Below, in pieces: positions 35,479-48,303 of a stretch of 64,000 nt of DNA. The DNA comes from Octopus vulgaris (taxonomy: Eukaryota): positions 57,040,001 to 57,104,000 of the forward strand of contig OX597821.1 in assembly GCA_951406725.2 (NCBI GenBank). The letters run 5' to 3'. Position 1 is the first letter of the stretch, and every line of letters begins with the position of its first letter. Position numbers and translations under genes: made by a program. The notes below the pieces were generated by a model. The model saw nothing but the letters and a program-made list of their open reading frames with translations. It was not told where the DNA came from and ran no database searches.

Positions 35479-36002
35479 ATGTCTTCCTTCCTGATCTTGC
35501 CAAAGAGAGTGATATTCATAATTTGTTGCACCCTACTGTCTTAAACAAAAAGAACAGATACACTGTATGTGAAAAAAGAAAACAGATGAGATTGTCATGG
35601 CTAAAATGTCATTGCTTACAAGTCAATTTTTGATCAGAACTGATCAGCAACTACCATCATTGAAGTTGTTAAATATCCTCTGAACAACTATCAACTGTTA
35701 ACATAGAGATTATTCATAGTTTGACAAAATTCCAACTGTAAAGATGTTCAAGGTCTGTATCTGCCTCTCAGCTTCACCATCTAATGGGATTCTAATATTT
35801 TGTCAAGCTGGTCAAACTTAAGTGTTCTCTTGGAAGAGTGTCAGATTGGCTAAGATGATCCAAGAAATCAATATCTTGCAGTGAGAGATAAAATATTTGT
35901 TTGGGTTTAACCCATTAGCATTCAGATTACTTTGCCAAATCTAATGCTTATTTATTCACATTGCTTTTAGTTAATCTTGCATTATCTTGTAGCTTTGAAA
36001 TT

Positions 36003-36402
36003 TCAGTGAGCATTGGGCCTTATGGGGGCAAAGTGGCTGAGTCCCTTTCGAATGTTAAAACTCACAGAGGCAATGACCAAAACCTTTGGCATTATGTTGT
36101 GCTTGAGAAGAAAACCCATCAAGCCAAACAAAATCGCAGTTGTGGCAGATACTGGTGTCACGCAAATTAGCACCCGTACCAGTGGCACATAAGAGCATCC
36201 TGGTGTCATGCAAATGGCACCCATGCCAGTGGCACGTAAAAGCACCCATTACACTCTCAGAGTGGTTGGTGTTAGGAAGGGCATCCAGCCGTAGAAAACC
36301 ATGCCAAATCAGACTGGAGTCTGGTGTAGCCTTCCAGCATGCCAGCCTGGTCAAACTGTCCAATCCATGCCAGCATGGACAACAGATGTTAAATGATGAT
36401 GA
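36003..36402 (+). mobile_element. RTE-type 3' UTR/tail inserted in a TTAA MITE
   Basis: Conserved tail with (GAT)n; MITE left end TTAACCCATTAGCATT at 35907. Confidence 0.8.
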
Positions 36403-36958
36403 TATATTTTTAGAATGATTAGGCTTAATATCGTTGGCTTAAATGTTAAAGGGTCCTAACCAGAGCACAGAGGTGTAGTACAAAAAAGTGGTACTGAGTT
36501 TGGTTTATGTTTCTTTGTAGAGAACAATCATCATCATCATCATTTAAACCTGTGGCATTCAGATTAACCTGACAAACATAATGATTATTTATTTACATTG
36601 TTTGTTTTTTTTAATTAATCAGGTACTATCTCAAAACTGCAAGATTGTGATGACGTGTTTGTTTATTTTTAGAATGACATTGTAGTGTATGTGTGAGAGG
36701 TCAGACCCAGTTGGTTTGAACACAAAGCAAGGTAGAATATTTGAACCTGATATGACCAGTTGAAATGCTAAAGGGTGAATCTTTACCATTACGTCCCTTC
36801 TCAATCCCACAGCCGCTTGTGTCTTTTATTCTTCTTGTTTTAAATTCAAATTCCACCAAAGTCATTTTTACCTTTCATAACTTGCAGGATTAATAAAATA
36901 AGTATCAGTAACAGGCAGATTAGATTAACTCTATCTCTCTATAACTTATAACTGTGTT

Positions 36959-37182
36959 TAACCCTCTAGCATTTAAGCCAGCCATATTGGGCCTAAATAT
37001 CCTACATGTTTTATGTTCAAATTAATCAAATTCTGCTTCTCACACCTACTGTAAAATGTCATTCTATAAATATACTATCGCATCATTGAAATCTTGAAGC
37101 AGCAAAATAATGCATAATTAGTTCAAACCAATTTGAAAATAAGCATCATTCTCAACAGAATAATCTGAATGTTAAAGGGTTA
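36959..37182. mobile_element. TTAA piggyBac-like MITE
   Basis: TTAACCCTCTAGCATTT ... AATGTTAAAGGGTTA; relatives at 36545-36780, 38880-39065 and 50300-50507. Confidence 0.75.
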
Positions 37183-37539
37183 GTTAGTAAGTTCTCTCTA
37201 TGCCACGAGCCACATAGGGTCACAACACAATCTCTCCAACAACAAGCTCTGTTTCATGTCACTGTCCTGGTCTCCTTCCAGCTTCTTTACCCTTCTTGTC
37301 CCCTTTCTTTGTCAATGGTCCTTTGCCATGTGATTTTAGAGTGCCCTGCTGTTAAACAGATGAATGTGAGAAATCATTGGTGTTCTCATTGTTATTTGGA
37401 AGGTTAGTCATGTGAGAGAATGTGTTGTGTGACGGTGGGCTGGATGCCCTGACACCCTGATATAGATTCAACTTTCTGTGTTTCAAATTGAATCCTCTTG
37501 GATTAACATTGCCTTTCAGCTATCAGGGATTAATAATGC

Positions 37540-37583
37540 AAATATTAGGCATGTAGCAGGGCCCTGCTACATGCCTAATATTT
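37540..37583. repeat. Perfect 44-bp spacerless palindrome
   Basis: AAATATTAGGCATGTAGCAGGG|CCCTGCTACATGCCTAATATTT. Confidence 0.95.
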
Positions 37584-40500
37584 TATCTCTTCCTTCCCTC
37601 TACATATTTGTTGCCTTGCACAATAGTGTAACTTGAGGTGGGGGTGATCTGTTGTAGGCAACTCTTTTAGTGGGGCAGTATTTTTGGGTCTGCGGTATAA
37701 GCTTGTATAGGGATGGGTGGGGACAAACTCAAGAGCTGCTCCAGGTGGCATGCTCTCAAGCTATGCCACTGGTTTTGCCAACCCACTAAGTTACGGGGAT
37801 GTAACCACTTCATGGCAGTGGTGCATTAAGTTGCCTGCACATGGCCATGGTAATCACATCGATTGAGGTCAGAACATTCAGCAAAATACAAAGCAGGTAC
37901 ACAAATCCAGTGGCGTAAATTGACGTCAACCTATTTAAAGCATGTAGACCGTGTCCAGCTGTTTTACGTCAACTGTTCTAAAGTGTTTAAAGCAGTTGTC
38001 AAGTGGTGATGGTAGTGGGTGGGGATGACAAAAACACACACACACGATGGGCTTCCTCACAGTTTCCATCTATCAAGTTCATTCACTAGGCATTGGTGTT
38101 GGCCCAGGGCTGAAGTCAAAGGCACATGCCCAAGGTGCCATGCAATGGGACTGATCCTGCTTCTTCTGTGCCGTCAGTTTGAATTAGATGGTATATAGCA
38201 TCTGTTTTGGTACTGTTCTGTGTTGCGGCACCAGAGTAAGCTGCCCAACATTAATACCATAACATGCTGCACCGTCTGATATTTCTGTATATCATGATTT
38301 TAAATTGTTATCACCTGATGAATTATTAATAGGTTTTTATCTTAATTTTCTTGTCCTACAAAGGTGGTTTAAGACTGCACCATACCTCATCTCCTTACTG
38401 TAACCAAATATGCTAATTTGATCTTTATGACCCTTAACAACCATTGTACTTTTAAAACCTGTATAAAAGTTGGTGAATGGCTGGAGCAGAGAATGGTTGT
38501 ACTGACATAACCACTTGACGTCTTAGAGTAGAAACATGAACACAAATGAAACTAGATAGCTTCGTTGAAATAGCATTTTTAATTTGCGTAATTCGATCTT
38601 TATTTTTACAATTCAGTCTCCCTAGTTTTATGTCAGCTTGGGTTAAATGGTTTTTGCAAGTTTAGTTATTTGAAAAAAGAAAAAAAAATGTTAGAATTTT
38701 GCTTAGTCTGGTTGTGTGGCAAGAAGCTTGATTCCCAACCACATGATTCCTGGTTCAGTTCTACTGTGTGGCACCTTGGGCATGTGTCTTCTGCTATAGC
38801 CTCAGGTTGACCAAAGCCTTGTCAATGGATTTGGTAGATGAAAACTAAAAGATGCCTTTCGTTGTGTGTGTTTGTGTGTAAACCAACCATATCCAGCCAA
38901 AATATTCTTGTTTTATGTTCCTACTTACCCTACATCGTCATTCAAAGAATAAAACAATCACATCATTAAAATCCTGAGGCTATGAGATAATGCATAATTA
39001 GTTCAAAACAATGTGAATAAATAAGCATTACATTTAACAAAATAGTCTGAATGCTAGGTGGTTAAATTTTAAGCAGTCTTTTGTGGATGCAGTTATGTTT
39101 AGGTTAAGAAGTTTGTTTTGCAATTGCTGGGTTTCAGGTGCAATCACATAGCATAGTACTTTGTGCCTCAGGTTGATAAAAGCTTTGTGAGTGAAATTTG
39201 GCTGAAGAATCTCTGGAGGATTGTCAGAGAAAAGTTTGTTTTTTTTCTTGTATTAATTTATAGCTATTTACAGCTGTTGCAAAGAAGTTCAAACTTCAGT
39301 CTGAAATAGTCCACAAGAGACCTGATGTCTTGTATATCAACTAATGCTATGGTTTATATATTTATTCATCTGCAGGACTGTGCTACTGTAGGCGAGAATG
39401 TTTTCTTTTCCATTCTTTAGAATGACAAAAATCTAATTTCTTTTGAATTAGTCAGTCTGCTAGATGGAAATAACTTTCTACATTTCATCCTCAGTAATTG
39501 CTTTAATAGCATATATTTAACAAACTAAATAACAGCATTTTATTTATTTTCCTTTTCTAATGGGCATCCAGCTGTAGAAACCTTGCCAAAGCAGACATTG
39601 GAATTCAGCTCAGCCAACTGGCTTGTCAATTCCTCTTGAACTGTCTGACCCATGCCTGCGTGGAAAAACAGACATTAAGTAATGATGTGTCTCAGATATA
39701 TAACATAATGTTCTATGTTTTACATGTTCCAGTCATTAGAATGTGGCCATGCTGGAGCGCTGCCCATCGTGTGTTTTTAAACACACACAAACACACATGT
39801 CTGTCTTTGTCCCCCATCACCACTTGACAACCAATGTTGGCGTGTTTATGTCCCCCTTACTTAGCAGTTTAACAAAAGCAACTAAAAATTCTTCAACGCA
39901 GTGCCCCAGTATGGCCACAGTCTGTTGACTTAAACATGTAAAAGATAAAAGGTAAAAAAATATAAGTTGGTAGAAGACAGGTTTTTTTTGTTAGGAAAAA
40001 CTAACATTTTGGAGTCTTGAATAAATCCTTTGGAATATTGTTTCAGTACTGTATTACACAAACACTCTCTCTTGTTACTCTTTGCTGTTGGAACTGAAGT
40101 GAACCAATGATTGGCTCATTGGAAACCTGTTCTTGACAACGTTGTTGCTCACAAACTGCAATATAATATGAAATAAGTATTGTAAAATATTTTGTTTTTG
40201 TATTTGGTTTGCATGAATTTTGATGTGAACTGATGTGCTGAAACAGATTTTGTTCTATCTTGGGTGGGTCACTACGTCAATAACAAACACATGCACACAC
40301 ACTGGCTCTGTTTAGTTTCTTCATCTGTTAATTGGTCAATGATTTAACTGATTGCTTAATTAATTGTTTGGTTGATCAATCAGTTATGTTCGTCAAATTC
40401 CTTTTGTCATTTGTGACCTCCTCCTCAAAGACATGCCCTCTCTATGTCAAGTCTATCCCAAGGCACAGCAAAATATTCTAGACATTTTATTTTAATAAAA

Positions 40501-43500
40501 TAATATAAGTGTACAATATAGTAGTTCTATAGTGAAAATCTACATTTATTAGACTTTTACTGTAATCCATTACAGAATGGACTATTAGAACTGGCCAGCT
40601 TGCAAAGATTTTTACAATAGACTTAGCCAAAAAGTTCGACCATATCTGGTGAGTTGAGTTTGTATCTGTCCCAGACTTTTGGTTGGTCACTTTTTTCTCA
40701 TAAACATGCTGATCACCTTGCTGTGTAACAAGAAACTATTGTTTTTTTAAAATATCTTGAAGCATTGGAAAATTTGGTTAGTGTTAAGTATTAGCTTACT
40801 CCAATATCATTAAGCTGGTTTCACATCACCCGCTGACTTTGTATCAAATAACATGTTAAACACCTTGCTTCCTGTCTTGATTGTGCTCTCTCCCTTGGCT
40901 GTTATACGTTGGTTTAGCGAAGGTTTGTCATTAAGAAAATTCACACTGTGATCCAGAACAATAAATTTATCCATCTAAAGTGCTGTTTACAAATTAGAGA
41001 AGCTTAATGCACGGGTGCCAACCCAAATAGCTGTAGAATATTTTCCTTAATTTGCTAGCAATTTCATTTCTGATATTCAGCCTTTTATTATACAAACTTC
41101 CAGGGTGATACAAAAGCTAGAAAAATTATAATCTTTTATTTCAAACCAAAACAAAGCTACTGTATTTAATGGTATAAAAGATATTTGATCATCATAGATG
41201 CACGCGTTTCAGCAGGATATATTCAAGAAAAAAGTGCCAAGGCCAAAATTAGCTTACGAGGGGACCAACTTCACATGTTGGGCCTAGGGTGATTTTTTTT
41301 TTTTGAAAAAAAAGTGCCTCATATACCGTTAAATGGAGTATGTATTTCAACAAGGTCCAAGCAAATTCACCGGTTTACTTTGATATCCTATTTTGTGTAT
41401 TATTAGTATGTTCCTATATGATGGGCAAATGATTGTGAAATGCATGAATGCCACAAAATTTTCAGCCTGTGTCACACTATAGTTTCATCATCATTGTCAT
41501 TATCTTAACCATCCACTTATTCATACTTGCATGGGTTGAGCAGAATTCAATGAGGAAGATTTTCTACAGCTAGGTGCCCTTCCTGTTGCTCACCCTCACC
41601 TGTTTCCAAGCAAGCTAATATTTCCCTATGGCCAGACATGTTTTTCACTGAAGCTTGAGAATGAATGACACCGTATGACTGTGACACTTGTTTACAACAA
41701 TTACACTATGTCAGAACAAGGAGGACACACAGACAAACAGACAGTGGGAGGCTTTTTTTTTTTTAGAATCTGTTTACCAAATTTATTCACAAGGCTTTGG
41801 TCAGCTTGGAGCTATAGTAGAAGACATTTGCTAAGGTGCCATGCAATGGGGCTGAACCCAAAGTTACTTGGATGGAAGCAAAGTTCTTCAGTAGACTGTT
41901 ATGCCTGTTTCTAAGAACAAATTTTTGTAAGCATTGTTAGTGTATATAATAATCTGACCTAGTTTTTATTTGAGGTTTTAAACCTTTTTTCTAAGCATTA
42001 GGAATATTATTCTATTTACACTTTACAAAAGCCCATGTTTAATTCACCCTAGGCATCTTGATTTTTGAGTTTAAATTGTTTTAAAAACCTTGTATACCAT
42101 GTTTAACATATAGTCTACTATAATCCAATCATATTGGTTTTTTAATATTTCCTTTAGAGGAAACGTATTTATATATAATATAAAAAAATATTCTAAAAAA
42201 TAAAAAAAATATAATAAGAAAATAAAAAAGCTTTAATATTGCGTGTTTTCTTATAAAAGTTGTGAGAAAATCACTTTGTGTCCTGAAATCGTATATTCTA
42301 TACACTCTCAAATTTTTATCTTTATTTTTGAGTGAAAAATATTATATATTATATGGAGTTTTAGAAATAATTTTCCTTTTAGATTGGGTCAACTTTTGTA
42401 TGAGATTTGGTATTGTGTAGTTAATTGACTCAAGATCAGTATGTTTACTGAACTATCTCGCACAAACTCCACCCCACTGTGAACAAGAAAGTCGACCTTG
42501 GAGAGATTTGAATTCAAAAGAAAGAAATGATAAACACTTCAAACCTACCTACTTTGAAGTATTCAGCCTGTGATTCAACTGTGTTATTCACGTCTCTATA
42601 CCAAATCTATAAACGATCTTCAGATGTTGAACCCCACGGAGGGGATATCAGAGCACCCAGACATTTGATGGTTTGCTGTGCTTGAGAAGATACATCACGC
42701 TAAGTAAATGCACAGTTGCCCTTGCATACAGGCATGTCCCTTGCATCGCTCTTCAAATGAGCATTCCTAATCTTGCAGGCTTGTGGGTGCTTGTACCACT
42801 TAAAAACACTTGTGCCTGTGCTGTGTAAAAGCAGCCAATACATTCTACTAAGTGGTTGGCATTAGGAAGGGCATCCATTCCTAGAAACCATGACAAAACA
42901 GACAATTGGTGCCTGGGCAACTGAAAGCATGAACTTTGCTAGGCCAGACTTATCTTCACAGACAGCAGGTAGATCCATGCAGTTGCTGAGTGGTATCTAA
43001 GAGGTTGGAAAAGGTCAGATAGAAGGCTTCCGTGATGATAGGGAATTGATTTTGTTAAACAATTTGGGCCAAGATAGAAAAGGACACAATCCTGAATGAA
43101 TTGGAAGTACATTGTAACTAGCCATATATAACAGCATCTGACAGTCTGGTCGTTATAGCTGATAATAATAAATAACATTCATTATCTGTTTGTTGGTTTG
43201 ACATCTGTTTTTGTCATACTAGTATGGGTTTGAGAGATACATTATGAAGGCATTGTCTTACAGTTGGTTGCTTTACTTACCTGTTGTTAACCCTTACCTG
43301 TTTTTCATATAAGAGATTTTTTGTTTCACCTGCCTATAAAACAAACTGCAAACCTAGTGAATGAATTTTTCACATGGAATCTCAGAAAATGCCACCATTT
43401 GCAAATAAGTGCTTTTTAAACACTCACAAATCTATGACAGGCTTCTGGACAATTTCTATCAAATCTACTTATAAGGCAGGTTTGAGTCATTTTGGCACAG

Positions 43501-43739
43501 CTGTTTTGGCACCGCCCATTTGGTGTTGCTGATTTGATGTTGACTCATTTGACATCAGATATTTTATTGTTCCTCTCATCTTAATATTTATCTCATTTAA
43601 GGCAGGCAAGCTGGCAGAACTGTTAGCACGCTGGGCAAAATGCTTAGCAGCCTTTCATCTGTCTTTACGTTCTAATTTCAAATACTGTCAATGTCGACTT
43701 TGCCATTCATTCTTTCAGGATCGATAAAATAAATACTAT

Positions 43740-44003
43740 TATTTACATTATTTACATTTGACAGATATTTGTCCTCATCTTGTTTGCTGTTAACACAACA
43801 TTTCGGCTGATACACCCTCCAACCTTCGTCAGGTGTCTTGGGGAAATTTCAAACCTGGGTTTTCATTCCTATGGTAGTGTTCGATATTATTATTATTATT
43901 CAGATCACTGCCTGGAATCAAACTCAGAATCTTGAGGTTAGTAGCCCGCGCTCTTAACCACTACGCCATATACCCACGGGCATATGGCGTAGTGGTTAAG
44001 TGA

Positions 44004-44039
<36 letters not shown>

Positions 44040-44205
44040 CATCGAAAAATACCTTAGGAATGAGAACCCAGGTTTGAAATTTCCTCAAGATACCTGATGA
44101 AGGCTGGAGGGTGTATCAGCTGAAATGTTCTGTTATCAACAAACAAGATGAGGACAAATATCTGTCAAATATAAATAATGTACATAATTCCTCATCTCTT
44201 AAATA
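43740..44205. mobile_element. Foldback family C, best-preserved copy, inserted in a family 2 SINE
   Basis: Axis TACCCACGGGCA near 43976; complete tRNA-like head on - at about 43903-43975; hammerheads at 43792-43837 (-) and 44089-44134 (+). The host SINE resumes at AAAATAAATAC (44209), repeating 43726-43736. Confidence 0.9.
43792..43837 (-). ncRNA. Minimal hammerhead ribozyme motif, family C
   Basis: Revcomp GACAC-CTGACGA-aGGTTGG..TCAGCC-GAAA-TG-TT-GTGTT. Stem III is CG at 18948, TG here and CA at 33355, implying ancestral ACGT with CpG decay. Confidence 0.75.
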
Positions 44206-45675
44206 TTGAAAATAAATACCAGTTATGCACTGGTGGGGGGTATTGTAATTGACTTACCCCCTCCTCTGAAATTGCTGGCCTTGTCAAAATTTGAAATCGA
44301 TATTTATCTCATTTTCTTCTCTCTCTCTGTCTGCTTTTTTTTTTGTTTGTGTGGTGCCTATTTGTCTGTTTATGAGGAGAGGGGGAAAGTGTGTGTCAAT
44401 CATGTTTAATTAATAAATTGCAATCACTCTCTTTCATTCTATCTGTGTGTGTGTGTGTATTTTTGCACAGGCATGCATGTGTGTCTGTGTGTGTGCGTTT
44501 GCCTTCAGCACCAAAAAGTACTGTTGCTAAGACAGTCAGCCATGCCAAAACCATCAGCATCCAAACAGCTGTGCCCAGTGGTCTCGTTGCATTACCAGGC
44601 ATTATTGATCTTTGCCCAAGGCTTCAGTAAAAGACACTTTCACAGGGTGTCACTTGAGACTACATGGTAACAAAATAGATTCCCTATTTGCAGAGCCATG
44701 CCACTGTTTATATGTTTGGTTATCTTTTACTTGTTTCAGTCATTAGACTGTGGCCATGCTGGGGCACAGCCTTGAAGAATATCAGCCAAATGAACCGACC
44801 CCTTCATTTTTTTAAACCCTGGTACTTAGTGTATTAGTTTCTTTAGCCGAAACATTAAGTTTTGAGGACATAAACAAACCATCATTGGTTGTCAAGCAGT
44901 GGGGGAGGGACACAGATACAAACACACACATACACACAATGGGCTACTTTCAGGTTCCGTCTACAAAATTCACTCACCTGGCTTTGGTTGGTCTGAAGCT
45001 ATAGTAAGAGACACTTGCCTGCAGTGCTGTGCTGTAGGACTGAACCCAGAACCATGTGGCTGGGAAACAAACCTCTTACCACACAGTCACACCTGAGCCA
45101 AACTTGGTATTTAATAGAAGCTTGTCCCAGCTGTTGTTTTGTTGAAATCAAGTTGATGTAGTCTTTATTTCTTGGATTCACCATCATCATCATCAGAAAC
45201 ATTAGCACGCTGGGAAAAAATGCTTAGTGGTGTTTCGTCTGTCTTCGCGTTCTCAGTTCAAATTCTGCTGAGGTCATCTTTGCCCTTCATCCTTTCGGGG
45301 TCGATAAATTAAGCGTCAACTGTGTACTGGGATCGATCTAGTTGATTGACACCCCCTCCCCAAGAACTTCGGGCCTTGTGCCTAAAGTAGAAGAGATATG
45401 AAAATCAGTTGACTCAATCAAATCAGTTTATTTTTTGCTTGTTGTAAAAAGAGCTGCATTTCAGTGAAAAACAAAACAAAACCACCACTGCTGCTACTGC
45501 TACTGCTGCTGCTACTACTACTGCTGCTGCTACTACTGCTGCTGCTGCTGTCATTACTGCTAATCAATTGACATTAAAAAAATATATTTTTAGTTAGTCT
45601 TTGACACAAATTACAAAATGTTTTCTTTGCTTTGTTTTTTCATAAAATCTTATCAAGTGTTCTGAAATGTTAAAC

Positions 45676-46085
45676 AGGCGCAGAAGTGGGTGTGTGGTAA
45701 TTAGCTTGCTTACCAGCGACATGGTTCGAGGTTCAGTCCCACCGTGTGGCATCTTGGGCAAGCGTCTTCTGTTATAGCCTTGGGCTGAGTGGATTTGATA
45801 GACGGAAATTGAAAGAAACACGTGTGTGTGTATATATATATATGTATGTATATATGTATGTGTGTGTGTGTGTGTGTTTGTTATTTGTCTGTGTTTGTCC
45901 CCCCACCATCACTTGACAACTGATGTTGGTGTGTTAATTTTCTCGTAACTTAGTGGTTCAGTGAAAGAGGCCGATAGAATAAGTACTAGGCTTACAAAGA
46001 ATAAGTCCTGGGGTCAATTTGTTCGACTAAAGGTGGTGCTCCAGCATGGCCGCAGTCAAATGACTGAAACAAATAAAAGAATAAA
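45676..46085 (+). mobile_element. SINE family 1
   Basis: Head, microsatellite and tail. Confidence 0.9.
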
Positions 46086-46316
46086 TACATAGATAATATA
46101 TAAAAAATTTTTTTTTATAATAGTAGTTGTTGGGGTGTTGTGGGTTTGAATGAAAATCATGAATTTTATGAGTGTAACTCTGAATAATTAAAACAAAAGA
46201 AATCAATTTTGTCTTTAGATATACTTTGAAGTATATTAAACGAAATATTTTTCTGTACTTCTTTTTTTTCTTCTCTGTATGAAAATACACAATCCCTAGT
46301 CACTGAAAACTGATGT

Positions 46317-47300
46317 GCACACTTGCTCATTCTAACTCACACACACACACACAAATGATTGCTCTCACACACTCACTCACTCATATACACACACTCACTC
46401 ACTCATATACACACACTCACTCACTCATATACACACACTCACTCACTCATACACACACACTCACTCACTCATACACACACTCACTCACTCATATACACAC
46501 TCACTCACTCATATACACACATACACTCACTCACTCATATACACACACACTCACTCATATACACACAAACACACTCACTCACTCATATACACACATACAC
46601 TCACTCTCATATACACACACACACTCACTCATATACACACACACTCACTCATATACACACACACTCACTCATATACTCACACACTCACTCATACACACAC
46701 ACACACACACACACTCACTCACTCATATATATACACACACACACACACACTTACACACACACACACACACACTCACTCACACACACACACACACTCACTC
46801 ATACACACACACACTCACTCATACACACACACTCGCTCATACACACACTCGCTCATAATACACACACACTCGCTTAAACACACACACTTGCTCAAACACA
46901 CACACTCACCCATACACACACACTCTCACTCATACACGCACACTCTCGCTCATACATGCACACTCTCGCTCATACATGCACACTCTCGCTCATACATGCA
47001 CACTCTCGCTCATACATGCACACTCTCGCTCATACACGCACACACTCGCTTATACATGCACACACTCACTCATACCTACATACACACACTCTCTCATACA
47101 CACACACACACACACACACTCTCTCTCTCTCATACACACGCACACTCTCAAACACACTCATACGCACACACACTCACTCATACACACTCACTGACTCATA
47201 CACCAGCTCTCAGACACACACACACCAGCTCTCTCTCTCTTTCTTTCTTTCTCTCCCCCCCTTCTCTCTCTCACAACACTCACTCACACATATCCATACA
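46317..47300. repeat. Compound (CA)/(CACT) micro/minisatellite, including a 20-bp unit CACTCTCGCTCATACATGCA
   Basis: Seen directly; source of His/Thr-rich spurious ORFs. Confidence 0.95.
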
Positions 47301-48136
47301 CCTATATTTTTCTCTATTTCTATCCTGTATTGGGCTTTATGGTTGTTATTGAGCCCTTGCTCTGCAATGGTTGCTTGCCATTTCTGTCAATAAACCTCAT
47401 CTTTTTTAAGTAAAGCATTTCTTTTTACTCTTTCACTTCTCTTTGAAAGTGCAAAGCCAGACAAATCATGAGGTTACAAAACGAACTCCATATCCACACA
47501 ACTGTACCTGTAGCTTTGAGTGGTTGGCATTAGGAAGGGCATCCGGCTGTAGAAACTCTGCCAAATCAAGATTGGAGCCTGGTACAGCCATCTGGTTCGC
47601 CATCCCTCAGTCAAAATCGTCCAACCCATGCTAGCATGGAAAGCGGACGTTAAACGATGATGATGATGATGATATAATGTTCATCACTCACTGAAGCTAC
47701 CTTCTCTCTTCTCTCCTTTTGCATTCCCTGCTCACCCACCCTGTCCAATCCCCGTACCACTCCACTTGTACATTGAAAGTACACTCTTCCACCTCTTTCC
47801 ATCTGGGTTAACCATGTACCTCCACAGCAAGACACCAGCTTAGCCTCCCATTGTTTAACCTCTCATCATCTGACACAAGGCTACCTTCCTCAGTCCCACT
47901 CCTCTCATTTGAAGGTGTCTTTCCTTGTAAGTAACTTGGTGACCCCACTGGTGCGGGAGCCACATAAAAAGCACCCTGTACACTCATAAAATAAAGTGGT
48001 TGGCATTAGGAAAGGCATCCAGCCACAGAAATCTTGCCAAACCAGACAGTAGAGCTTGGCACTTCCTCTGGTTTACCAGCTCCTGTCAAAACCTCCAATC
48101 CCTGCCAGTATGGAAAACTGATGTTAAACAATGAAT

Positions 48137-48303
<167 letters not shown>

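Noticed and set aside
38316-38330. Isolated CTGATGA
   Set aside because: No stem II/GAAA/NUH follows.
39421-39494. Candidate NBEAL exon 2 after a good polypyrimidine/AG acceptor (NDKNLISFELV...)
   Set aside because: No resemblance to the expected KDxxYLxxW/FxxxFVxxY segment beyond two residues, and only a weak donor.
40577-40648. Exon-like segment bounded by TTACAG and GTGAGT
   Set aside because: Phase incompatible with exon 1; the open frame (FTIDLAKKFDHI) resembles the RT DLxKAFD motif, so it is more likely a LINE relic.
46313-47393. His/Thr-rich ORFs of up to 181 aa
   Set aside because: Translations of a (CA)/(CACT) repeat.
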